The notes below the pieces were generated by a model. That model ran no database searches. It was not told the DNA's origin and saw only the letters and a list, made by a program, of their open reading frames with translations. Shown here piece after piece: positions 53,527 through 64,000 of a stretch of 64,000 nucleotides of DNA. The position numbers and the translations under genes were made by a program. Source of the stretch: Octopus sinensis (lineage: Eukaryota); contig NC_043020.1 in NCBI RefSeq assembly GCF_006345805.1, positions 23,250,001 to 23,314,000 of the forward strand. Direction: 5' to 3'. The first letter of the stretch is position 1; each line of letters starts with the position of its first letter.

Positions 53527-53950
53527 CTCTTTTACTCTTTTACTTGTTTCAGTCATTTGATTGTGGTCATGCTGGAGCACCGCCTTTAGTCGAGCAAATC
53601 TACCACAAGACTTATTCTTTGGAAGCCTAGTACTTATTCTATCGATCTCTTTGGCCGAACATATAAGTTACGCGGACGTATACACACCAGCATCGGTTGT
53701 CAAGCGATGTTGGGGAGACAAACACAGACATACAAACATATACACACACACACACATGCATATGTATATATATATATATACACACATATATATATGACGG
53801 GCTTCTTTCAGTTTCCGTCAAACCAAATCCGCTCACAAGGCTTTGGTCGGCCCGAGGCTATAGTAGAAGACACTTGCCCAAGGTGCCACGCAGAAGGACT
53901 GAGCCCGGAACCATGTGGTTGGTAAGCAAGCTACTTACCACACAGCCACT
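53527..53950 (-). mobile_element. SINE family A, full length
   Basis: Tail, linker and head on the minus strand. Confidence 0.88.
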
Positions 53951-54079
53951 TCTACCCCTGATAAACTTGCGTTTTAATGTTTCTATCTCGTTGTATATTA
54001 TATTTAATGGTCGCATACAATGATGTTCGTGTTCGTCTGCTTCCACCAGAGATATCTATGTTAAAATCTGCTTCAATCC

Positions 54080-55100
54080 GCTGGGAGCTGATAGAATCGT
54101 GACCGCACCGGGCACAATGCTTAGCGATATTTCTCTTGTCCTTACGTTCTGAGTTCAAATTCCTTCAAAGTTGACTTTGCCTTCGTCGACTTTGCGTTTG
54201 TTGGAATCGATAAAATAATTACCAGTTGTGTACTGGGATCAATGTAATCGGCAAGCCTCATTCCTACCAAGCTTCAGGCCCTGTGCCTTTAATAAAAAGG
54301 GTTATCATTCTCATGTTTAAGGCGGCAAGCTGGCAGAATCATTAGGACATCAGGCAAGACGATTGAGAGCATTTAGATCGTGTTTCCGTCCTGCGTTCAA
54401 AATCCGTCGGGGCCGACTTTTTCTTCCTTTCGGATTCGATGAAAATAGTATCAGATGAGCAATGTGGTCGATGTAATTAACTAACCCCCAACTCCCAAAT
54501 TTCGGAACTTGTGCCTATAGCGGAAACCTCCAGTACTATCGTAATTACTGGCTGGAGAATTGATAGAATAATTTGTTCGGTATGGATCGTTATATTCTAG
54601 TTTGAAACCTTACTGTGGACACCATTCATGGATAAAATGAAATGGCTGTCAAGTCCTGTTGACGATGTGATGCATTATTTCCTTCTCTACAATATTGCTG
54701 ACATCCTTGCTTCCTTGACAACCATTATTAGGGCGAGTGGATAATGCGGTTGACTGACAGAATTGTTAACACGTCGGGCAATTGCTCTGCGGCATTTCCT
54801 GAGTTCAAATTCCGTCGAAACCGATCTTACCTTTCATTGTTTAAGCGTCGATAAAATAAGGCTTTATGCCCACGGGAGAAAGAATTATTAGGGCGAGCAG
54901 ATAAAATGGCGAACTGGCAGAATCGTTAGCACGCCGGGAAAATGTTTAGCGGCATTTCGTCTGTCCTCATTTTCAGAGTTCAAATTCCGTCCTGGTCGAC
55001 TTTGCCTTTCATCGTTTCGCTATTGATAAAATAAGTACCAGTTAAACACCAGAGTCGATGTAAACGTTTTGCCTCCGCCACCGAAAGTGCTGGTCTGGTA
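54080..55100 (+). mobile_element. Cluster of about 4 old SINE B copies
   Basis: Degenerate GAGTTCAAATTCC...GACTTTGCCTTTCATC bodies at about 54080, 54320, 54745 and 54905. Confidence 0.7.
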
Positions 55101-55147
55101 CCAAAATTTTAATTCATTATTTGGGCTTAGCTAGCAGAGAAAATGTC

Positions 55148-55572
55148 GGATCTTTTCGGTTTGAACGGCAGTTTTTAACATAATTTCTAGATAACTAAAA
55201 ACTTTTAAACTTCGTATACTAGTAGAATGTGTTTATAAAACATCGTTTTCTCTCGGCTTTATTGAGAAAATTTTATAGTTTGTAAGATATTTGTTGTTTT
55301 TTTCTTCAATTTCTGCAATTTCAACCAATCACTGACATCTATTAAGTTAAAAAACATTCTGTGCTGTATGAATATGTCCCTCGTTTAAGAAACAGACTGG
55401 GTTTATTTACATTTGTGAAGAAAAAAGATACCCTTCCCCCCACCCCTAACCCTAACTAACCCTAACCCGAAAACAGATTGAAATGCAATAGATCGATTCT
55501 AGGGTCATAATTATGGGTTACAATTTCATATGACATCGCTAGAAAAAACTGCTGTTCAAACCGAAAAGATCC
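55148..55572. mobile_element. MITE (about 425 bp) with about 29-bp TIRs and internal telomere-like (CCTAAC)n
   Basis: GGATCTTTTCGGTTTGAACGGCAGTTTTT / AAAAACTGCTGTTCAAACCGAAAAGATCC; CCCTAACCCTAACTAACCCTAACCC at about 55443-55468. Confidence 0.8.
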
Positions 55573-56538
55573 AAATTGTCATTTGAGGTACAGTAGGTAA
55601 CGGCATTTCTTCCGGTCCTCTGTGTTTTGTGTTCATATCCAGGTGAGCTCAACTTTACCGTTCATCCTTTCGTGGTCAATAAAATACATAACAGTCACGT
55701 AATAATATCGATACAATCAACAAATCCTCTCTTACAAAAGACAACAAATTACTGATCTTCTCTCTGATTCCAAACCATTATCGATCTCATAGTTTCAGGC
55801 TAGTGGATTGATATTATAGCTGTTTGATCCAGCTCTATAGATCGGGTCCCAAATCCCGCTGAGGGAAGCTTTGGTGTCGATGTCGTCGACTAATCTACTT
55901 CTCTTAATGGTTGACCTTCTGCTTTATAAGAGAGGCTGTTGTTATTCTCTGGATTTCAAAAGTTTTGTTCGGGTTTCTAATGCACCGTTGGGAGCACATC
56001 TGTGTATCTACAGTATATACAGCATAGTCATTTTGCTGTATAAAATATGTTTGTATAGCATATCTGTATTGCTTTGTTATGATGGATGGGTTTTGTGTTT
56101 ATCAATTAGCTGTTATTCGAGAGTTACGTGAGTTTGCTGTGTAGAATATACACTCGATGTGCTGTGCCGAAAATGTACAACATGGCATTATAGTATTATT
56201 GAAATAAATATGGGTTATGTAGGATTAAAACTACGCCTCATAGGACCCGTCTTTTGGCAAAGCAATATCGATATACTGCGGATGTGACATTTGCAATTTG
56301 TTTATTTCACAATCCTTCTCCAGTTTCAATACAAGTTACTGCCGGGTCTGTTTACCTCTGTTTCAGGGCAGCGCTAGGTCACTTCAACTTTGAAGCAATA
56401 CACAATTACCGTCTTTGTATTCATCTTATTTTTATTCCTTTTATTGATTCTCTTCGGTGACAGCCATAAAGCCTGACATTCTTCAAAGTGATGCACAAAA
56501 TTCAAATGATGTATTGAAAAAGGTTGATACTTTCTCAC

Positions 56539-56567
56539 CTGGATTGATGAATATCCAGGCTTCTCAC
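56539..56567 (-). other. Candidate 29-nt exon or recursive splice site (TTATTTTTCAG|GTGAGA ... CCAG|GTGAGA)
   Basis: Strong acceptor immediately followed by a donor hexamer, with a second donor 29 nt downstream. Confidence 0.3.
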
Positions 56568-56737
56568 CTGAAAAATAATAATGCCTAAAAATACATTCCA
56601 ATACTGCAAGCAACGCAATGCTATCAGATAAAATGTGGCTTTTCTAGTATTTTTCGTCGAGCTTGTTGTGTTACAGTCAGCCCTGGTGGGTAAGGCAAAC
56701 CTTAAATCAAAGTTATTCAATTATTGAACAAATACAG

Positions 56738-56932
56738 GCGCAAGTGTGGCTGTGTGGTAAAAAGTTTGCTCCCCAACCACATGGTACCGGTTTCAGTCCC
56801 ACTGTGAGGCACTTTGGGCAAACTTATTATAATATAGCTTCGAGCCGAAGAAAGTCTTGTGAGCGGATTTGGTAAACGGAAACTGAAAGAAGCCCATTGT
56901 ATATATACATATATAAATATACATGTGCGTTT

Positions 56933-56975
<43 letters not shown>

Positions 56976-57190
56976 TGTGTGTGCACGTGCATGTATGCGT
57001 ATGTATGTCTTTCTGTCTGTGTTTGTCCCCCACCACCGCTTGACAACCGGTGTTGGTACTTAGCAGTTCGGCAAGAGACCGATAGAATATGTACCAGTCT
57101 TGAAACAAAATGAAAATACTGGGGCCGATTCATTCCGAAAAATATTCTTCAAAGTGGTGCCCTAGTATGGCCACAGTCTATGGATTGAAA
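56738..57190 (+). mobile_element. SINE family A, diverged
   Basis: Head GGCGCAAGTGTGGCTGTGTGG, (TG)n linker, tail. Confidence 0.8.
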
Positions 57191-58204
57191 CAAAAAAGAT
57201 GTCATTTTATAACCTGCTCAAAGGATAAGGTTACCTACGACTACACTTTTGAATGTGCTCTCTTTTCAAAAGCAATTAAGTGTTATTTAATGTAAGTTTA
57301 TGCAGCTATCATTCAGGTCGAACGACAAAATTTCCTGTTATTGTTGCTTTTGTTGTTCTTGCTGTTGTTATGTATCGTAGATCCACTCAGAACAAGAAGA
57401 CCTTTGATTTAAAAACTTCTAAGCCGTGCCATTCTACCTTTTACTTCCAGGCATACTGAATTAGGATTTCAAATTCACTATAGCTGTCATTTTAAGACAC
57501 CCTAATAACATTCTTGTACAAACATTTTCGGCTATTTTCAGTTTATCGAACGATCGGGAAAACGTGTTCTTTGTTATTGCTCTTTTCGATATTTAGCCAG
57601 AAGCCAAACCTTCGTAACAAATTTTTTTCAATTCCTGCCTGTCACTTGACCATTCAGGCCAGCGTTTATCTAGGATTACATTATCTAATGTGTCCTATTG
57701 ATTTCTTTTAAAAGAAAAGCAAAAACTCTCATTCTTTTTTGTCTTCATGACACAGGGAAAACAAATACAAAATTATTGGTTCCAAGACGGTCTTCACGGA
57801 TGCTCTGGGATGCATTTTAAGGGAGATTTTTCTGAAGGTTTTGGCTCTTTTAACATCAAGCCCTAATACTCAGATGACTCAGCTGGGGGAAACATATCCT
57901 ATTTTCTGAGTGAGCTACAAGGGACTTTGGTTGCTAGTTAAACATTTAGAGCAAAGTTAAAGAAAACTAGGGATTACTTGTCTTGGTCTTTGAACTTTGG
58001 CCAAGCTGGGGCACCCTCTTGAAGGATTTCGTTGAGCAAATTGAACCTAGTACTTATATTTTGATTATGTTATCGGTCGCCTGTAGTCGTTCTGCCACAT
58101 TCGGGACACGTAAACAAACCAACAACTGATTATTAGTGGTGCACAAGAACAAACACGAAGACATACAAAAATGCAAGACACACATAGGTTTATATACTAT
58201 AAAA

Positions 58205-58265
<61 letters not shown>

Positions 58266-58339
58266 GTTGTATGTATATAAAACTAAGTTGTATGTATATA
58301 AACCTATGTATATATACACTAGTTGTATGTATATAAACT

Positions 58340-58377
<38 letters not shown>

Positions 58378-58696
58378 ATATAGAGATAGATAGAAGAGAG
58401 AGAGAGAGAGATAGAAAGATAGACAGATAGATAGATAAATAGATAGATAGAGTGAGAGGGAGAGAGAGGCAGCAGGTGAAAGTTAGAGATGTTAAATATA
58501 GAAAATGCGTTGTAGTACTCAAATTTCAACTTCCAATGCGAAGCCTTTATCAAGATATAATCCGCTGCATAAGAAGCGATAAGAGTAATGCAGGTGAGTT
58601 AGTTGACATGGAGATAATGATGCAAATTAAAACGCTTAGACATGCTATTTAAAATATATATACAAATACATTTGTAAATGTGTATATATATATATA

Positions 58697-59100
58697 GGTG
58701 CAGGAGTGGCTGTGTGGTAAGTAGCTTGTTTACCAACCACATGGTCCCGGGTTCAGTCCCACTGCGTGGCACCTTGGGCAAGTGTGTTCTACTATAGCCC
58801 CGGGTCGACCAAAGCCTTGTGAGTGGATTTGGTAGACGGAAACTGAAAGAAGCCCGTCGTATATATGTATATATATATATATATATATGCGTGTGTGTGT
58901 TTGTCCCCCTAGCATTGCTTGACAACCGATGCTGGTGTGTTTATGTCTCCGTTACTTAGCGGTTCGGCAAAAGAGACCGATAGAATAAATACTGGACTTA
59001 CAAAAGAATAAGTCCCGGTGCCGAGTTGCTCGATTAAAGGCGGTGCTCCAGCATGGCCGCAGTCAGATGACTGAAACAAGTAAAAGAGTAAAAGAGTAAA
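58697..59100 (+). mobile_element. SINE family A, full length, near-consensus
   Basis: GGTGCAGGAGTGGCTGTGTGGTAAG...GTAAAAGAGTAAAAGAGTAAAG. Confidence 0.92.
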
Positions 59101-59847
59101 GAGTATATATATATAATATGTGTGTGGTGTGTGTGTGTGTGTGTGAGTGTGTGTGTGTATGTATATATAGACCTATATATAGAGAGAGGCTTAAAACCTC
59201 AAAATATTCAGATGACTATTCGTGTATACGTATATAAAAAGTACAGAAAACTAAGATGGAATGGCATCGTATTTATGCACAACAGCTGTTTCTGGCACTC
59301 AGAATCATGTAATAGTTGTAACGTTAGTAGCGGGAGTGAGCAAAACGTCAAAGATATGCAACGAGTTGTGGATACATATAAACGTTGCCGTATAGCCCGG
59401 CTGCCGTCTTCAGGCTAGAAAGTTTTGCGCCTTCTCTCCTTAGTTTTCTGGAATCTATGTATGTTTCGTGCTCTGTTTTAATTCGTTCTGAACATACATA
59501 AATATTTATAAGTTTATACATGAATGTACATCAACTGAATATTTAAACATTATTGTTTCTCTTTATATATATATTTACATCTGTATATGTAAGTATTGTG
59601 TATGTATGTATGTATGTATGTATGTATGTATGTATGTATGTATGTATGTATATTTTATATACCAAGCCAAACGTGTTTATTTGTATCACTATCTTTCTAT
59701 ATATGTATACACATATCTGTGTGTGCGTGTGTATGTGTATACCTCTGTAGGTATGTATAGTAAACATTTTGAATAATATGGGTGGTTTAATAGCAATCTA
59801 ACATCCTAAAGAAATATTTATATACCACACTAAAATCACAGAAGTTC

Positions 59848-60503
59848 CTAAGTGGTACCGGCATTGCTAGAAATAAGAGTGAAACCGATTCACTAGCTAC
59901 AAGAGCACTATCTTATTTCTTTACAACCCACAAGGGGCTAAACACAGAGAGGACGAACAAGGACAACCACACGGATTAAGTCGATTATATCGACCCCAGT
60001 GCGTAACTGGTGCTTATTTAATCGACCCCGAAAGGATGAAAGGCAAAGTCGACCTCGGCGGAATTTGAACTCAGAACGTAACGGTAGACGAAATACGGCT
60101 ACGCATTTTGCCCGGCGTACTAACGTTTCTGCCAACTCGAGTTGGCACTATCTTAATGACCGATAAGGGAGATAAGCTCCTTTTGCGAACTTTATGATTT
60201 TGATGCCGAGCATCTTAATTCTCATAGGTGGCTCTTACCGCTCCTGGAGTTAAATTCAACTCATCTTCTCAGCTTATACGAAAATCGTTCAACACATACG
60301 CTGATTTCAAAAACGGAAAAAGCGAAAACTATAAATATAGATGGTTTATTAACGCTGTCTATAAACTTGCCTTTAGGTTGTTAAATTGCAGTAATGGCCA
60401 CCGATGAGTATTAAAATGCTCTGCATCAGTATTCATAAGATGGTACCCTTATGTCTAGTGAAGTGGTTTGACTCTTATTTCTAGCAACGCCGGTACCACT
60501 TAG
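59848..60503. mobile_element. MITE-like element with about 49-bp TIRs, carrying a nested SINE B (59915-60135, -)
   Basis: CTAAGTGGTACCGGCATTGCTAGAAATAAGAGT...CACTAG / CTAGTG...ACTCTTATTTCTAGCAACGCCGGTACCACTTAG. Confidence 0.75.
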
Positions 60504-61059
60504 TACCCTCTTTCACTTTAGTGACGTCTGTAACTTTCCCTTTAGGTATGCTTAGCAGGTAAATACATATATGTGTGTGTTGCTATACGAATATGTGTGT
60601 GCACGGGTGTATTTGTGTATATACGCGTAGGTGTGCTTACATATGTGTGTGAATGGATTTATTTACACAAATAGCAATTACACTGCTGTAAAAATTGAGT
60701 GGCTATACAGCCACGAAGCATGGCGTAGCAAACAATAAATATGGCGAATAAACAGAACATGAATCCACAGGCACAGATGAAAACAAACAGCCATTGGCAT
60801 CTGCAGTGACAGCAACAGAACAACAACAACAACAACGCGCGTGCGCAGACACGCATATACACAATCCAAACTTTCCAAATACTGCGGGGAAATACGAATC
60901 TTGTTTTTTGATTTTTTAAGAGAAAAATGGTGTCGCTGATCGTACGCCATCGATAAGTTCGCAGACTGTGACGAAAGAACTATCATGAATCGATTTATTG
61001 ATCAAAAGAACTATTTATAAAGTAATTGGTTATGCGTAATTAGTTAGCTATTTCGTTGA

Positions 61060-61222
61060 GCCGTATTTCGTCGTTACGTTCCGTTCATTCCGCCGAGGTC
61101 GACTTTGCCTTTCATCCTTTAAGTACCAGTTACGCACTGGGGTCGATGTAGTCGACTTAATCCCTTTGTCTGTCCTTGTTTGTCCCCTCTGTGTTTAGCC
61201 CCTTGTGGGTAGTAAAGAAATA
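61060..61222 (+). mobile_element. SINE family B, 5'-truncated
   Basis: CCGCCGAGGTCGACTTTGCCTTTCATCC...GTAAAGAAAT. Confidence 0.85.
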
Positions 61223-61224
61223 TA

Positions 61225-61780
61225 TATTGGGTTGTCCGGAAAGTTCGTGCCGATTTATAGTAGCTTACCTTTCGACTTATTTTAGAACGTGGTTGAGCCC
61301 ATAAAATAGGATTTGACTACACTTCCATTTAGAGTACAGTTTTCGTGGAAGGTTTATGTTCCTATAACATGTGTTAATTCTGTAACACTTTAAAATGGAA
61401 GATAAGAAAGTTCATTTTCGGCACTTGATGCTTTGGGAACCAGACAAAAATTGCTGCGGCTCGGCTGGGATATGTTACTTCACCCTCCATGTTCACCAGA
61501 TATTGCTCCTTCGGATTTCCACTTATTCAGGTCTCTGCAGAATAGTCTTAATGGTAAAAATTTCAATTCCTTGGATGACCTAAAAAGATACCTTGATGAA
61601 TTCTTTGCCATGTAACCACCTCAATTCTGGGAAGAGGGAATTTTCAAGTTAAAGGAAAGATGGAGACGCATTGTGCAACAGAATGGTTCATATTTGGTTG
61701 ATTAAAGATGTAATGGCGAGTATTTATTGACCTTTTTCTTTCCTTTAAAAATCGGCACGAATTTTCCGCACAACCCAATA
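61225..61780 (+). mobile_element. Internally deleted (non-autonomous) mariner element with both TIRs and TA TSD
   Basis: TIRs TA-TTGGGTTGTCCGGAAAGTTCGTGCCGATTT / AAATCGGCACGAATTTTCCGCACAACCCAA-TA. N-terminal MEDKKVHFRHLMLWE is joined to C-terminal HPPCSPDIAPSDFHLFRSLQNSL; the HTH and most of the DDD domain are missing. Confidence 0.93.
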
Positions 61781-61819
61781 AAATAGGAATAATAAGAGGT
61801 GAAATACACACAGTATGTG

Positions 61820-62175
61820 TCATGCTGGAGCACTGCCTTGAAGAAGTTTGAGTTGAATGAATTAATCCCATTACATGTTTTTAAGCCAGGTACTTAGTAT
61901 ATCGGTCTCTTTGCCGAATCTCTAAGCTACGGGGATGTAAACACACAAACACCAGTTGTCAAGCGGTGGTGGTTTGACAAAGACACGTACACAAACACAC
62001 AACACAACACGCACATATACACAGCGGTTTTCTTTCCGTTTCCATCTACCAAATCCACACATAAGGCGTGGCTCAGGCCGGGGTTATAGTAGAAAATACA
62101 TACTCAACGTGTCACGCAGTGGGACTGAACCCAGACCGATATTGTTGGGAAGTCAACTTCTTACCACACAGCCAC
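61820..62175 (-). mobile_element. SINE family A, diverged
   Basis: Tail, linker and head remnants. Confidence 0.75.
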
Positions 62176-62214
62176 ATATATCTATGTACATACATATGTA
62201 TGTTGTTATAAAAA

Positions 62215-62530
62215 AAAAGAGCACTCCGTCGGTTACGACGACGAGGGTCCCAGCTGATACGATCAATGGAACAGCTTGCTCGTAAAATTAACCTGCAAGC
62301 CGACTGAGCACGTACCCTTAACGTAGTTCTCAGAGAGATTCAGCCTGACACAGAGTGTGACAAGGCTGGCCCTTTGAAATACAGGTACTACTCATTTTTG
62401 TCAGCTGAGTGGACTGGAGCAAACGTGAAATAAAGTGTCTTGCTCAAGGGCAAAACGCGTCGCCGGGCATTGAACTCACGACCTTGCGATCGTGAGCCGA
62501 ATGCCCTGACCACGCAGCCACGCGCCTTCA
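62215..62530 (-). mobile_element. SINE family C with CORE-like centre and probable RTE-type tail
   Basis: Reverse complement: tRNA-like head GGCGCGTGGCTGCGTGG...GAGTTCAATGCC, then CCTTGAGCAAGACACTTTATTTCAC...AAAAATGAGTA (CORE-like by eye). Confidence 0.7.
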
Positions 62531-63095
62531 CCTATATATTCTTATACGTTACATAAGGAAGCGTATATTAAAGATATAACTCGAAGGAAGCGCAGCTACA
62601 AGCAGTAGCTAGTCAAAGCGTTAGGATAAAATCCTATGGATGGGAGAATAATGGAAACCTGCCTCCGGTCTACGACCTCGAATCTTCTGCAACTCAGACG
62701 GAGTTGTTAGAAATTACACAAAGCAGCTCTTGTCTTCCTCCCATAAATTTAAGCGTTCTAGTCAAGCTAAGAAAGATTGTTTATGTCTGCATTTGCTCTG
62801 AGACACACCGTCTATAGACACTTATTTATAAACAGTGCATCTCCATGGTTTTACATTAGTATAATATACACGCACACACATACGTAGTTTATTTAAGCCG
62901 AACCTTCTGATCCCTTTGAAGTTCCCTAGGCGTTTCGCCGCTTCTTTTGATCTGTCAGATTTTGCTCATTTATCTTATACAGATTGTGTACTCTTTCTCT
63001 GGCATTTTACACCAACAACGTTTTTATATACATAATTATTCTATTTTATATACATACTTATATCCTTGTATTATATGTCAATATCAATCTATCTG

Positions 63096-63160
<65 letters not shown>

Positions 63161-63335
63161 ATCTATCTATCATCTATCTAATATATATACATATTTATAC
63201 ATATCTATATATCTATACTATAATAATATATATATATCTATATATATATATTATATAGATATATTATTTATATATTATATATATATATATATTTATATAT
63301 GATATATATAATTTATATATATATATGTCTGTATG

Positions 63336-63396
<61 letters not shown>

Positions 63397-63588
63397 GGAG
63401 AATTCACAAAACAAAGCATAAAAGGCGAGGAGGACAGATAGTATAGACAAAAACAGACGTATTAGTTTAACGCTTGGGAAGTCCTTACGTTTCGAGGAAC
63501 ACAGAAAGAAACAAGGAGAGAAATAAAGAATGTATAGTGGCTAGCGATCTATCATGGCGAATGATATATATATAATATATATATATAT

Positions 63589-63640
<52 letters not shown>

Positions 63641-63656
63641 ATATATACATCCATCA

Positions 63657-63822
63657 ATATTTACTTCTAGCAAGACGTGAATATATTATTAGTCTCACTA
63701 GATACGATGTTATATATATATATGTACGTACATACATGCATATATATATTATTGTTTATATGACATCGTATCTAGTGAGACTAATTACAACAATATATTG
63801 ACGTCTTGGTAGAAGGAAATAT
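63657..63822. mobile_element. Small MITE-like foldback (about 60-bp diverged arms around a TA-rich spacer)
   Basis: CTTCTAGCAAGACG...TTAGTCTCACTAGATACGATGT / ACATCGTATCTAGTGAGACTAA...CGTCTTGGTAGAAG. Confidence 0.75.
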
Positions 63823-64000
63823 GGCCAAAATCTGTGCAGAGATTTCTATACAAAACTAATGTAAATCGTGAAACGACTTGTGTTTTTCTAAGCAAACCTC
63901 TACGACAGAAGCAGCGACGATCTTCCTATGAATCATTCATAGGAAAACAAAACTGGTTTTATTTGTCATTCAATGGAGCAAGCATATGTAACAGCAGCCG

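Noticed and set aside
55443-55468. Telomere or chromosome end
   Set aside because: Only about 3-4 imperfect hexamers, inside a MITE.
59385-59420. CTGAAGA-CGGC-A-GCCG on the minus strand as a hammerhead
   Set aside because: No GAAA or NUH follows, and a 1-nt loop is implausible.

Overview
This is AT-rich, extremely repeat-dense metazoan genomic DNA. It is most likely Octopus (a coleoid cephalopod), inferred from the tRNA-derived SINE families, R4/Dong and Penelope-type remnants and the microsatellite load; no database search was run. No complete protein-coding gene is visible, and almost all ORF-track entries are translations of microsatellites or SINEs. Recognisable content: (1) three Pol III-type SINE families, labelled here A (head-microsatellite-tail, at least 13 copies), B (about 235 bp, about 20 copies or fragments) and C (CORE-like, 3 copies); (2) a 5'-truncated R4/Dong RLE-type LINE in an (AAT)n tract, beside a tandem 560-bp companion unit; (3) CR1-like and HERO/NeSL-like LINE remnants; (4) mariner remnants, one with both TIRs; (5) several MITE or foldback elements; (6) Penelope-like tails carrying minimal hammerhead ribozyme (HHR) motifs. 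The most interesting items are a core-intact hammerhead at 3579-3621, four core-variant hammerhead motifs, an exact 33 x 29-bp array made from a SINE 5' head (A box), a 3 x 137-bp E-box/AP-1-rich repeat, several long fold-back palindromes, a recursive-splice-like site, and a scattered, unidentified set of candidate minus-strand exons (low confidence).
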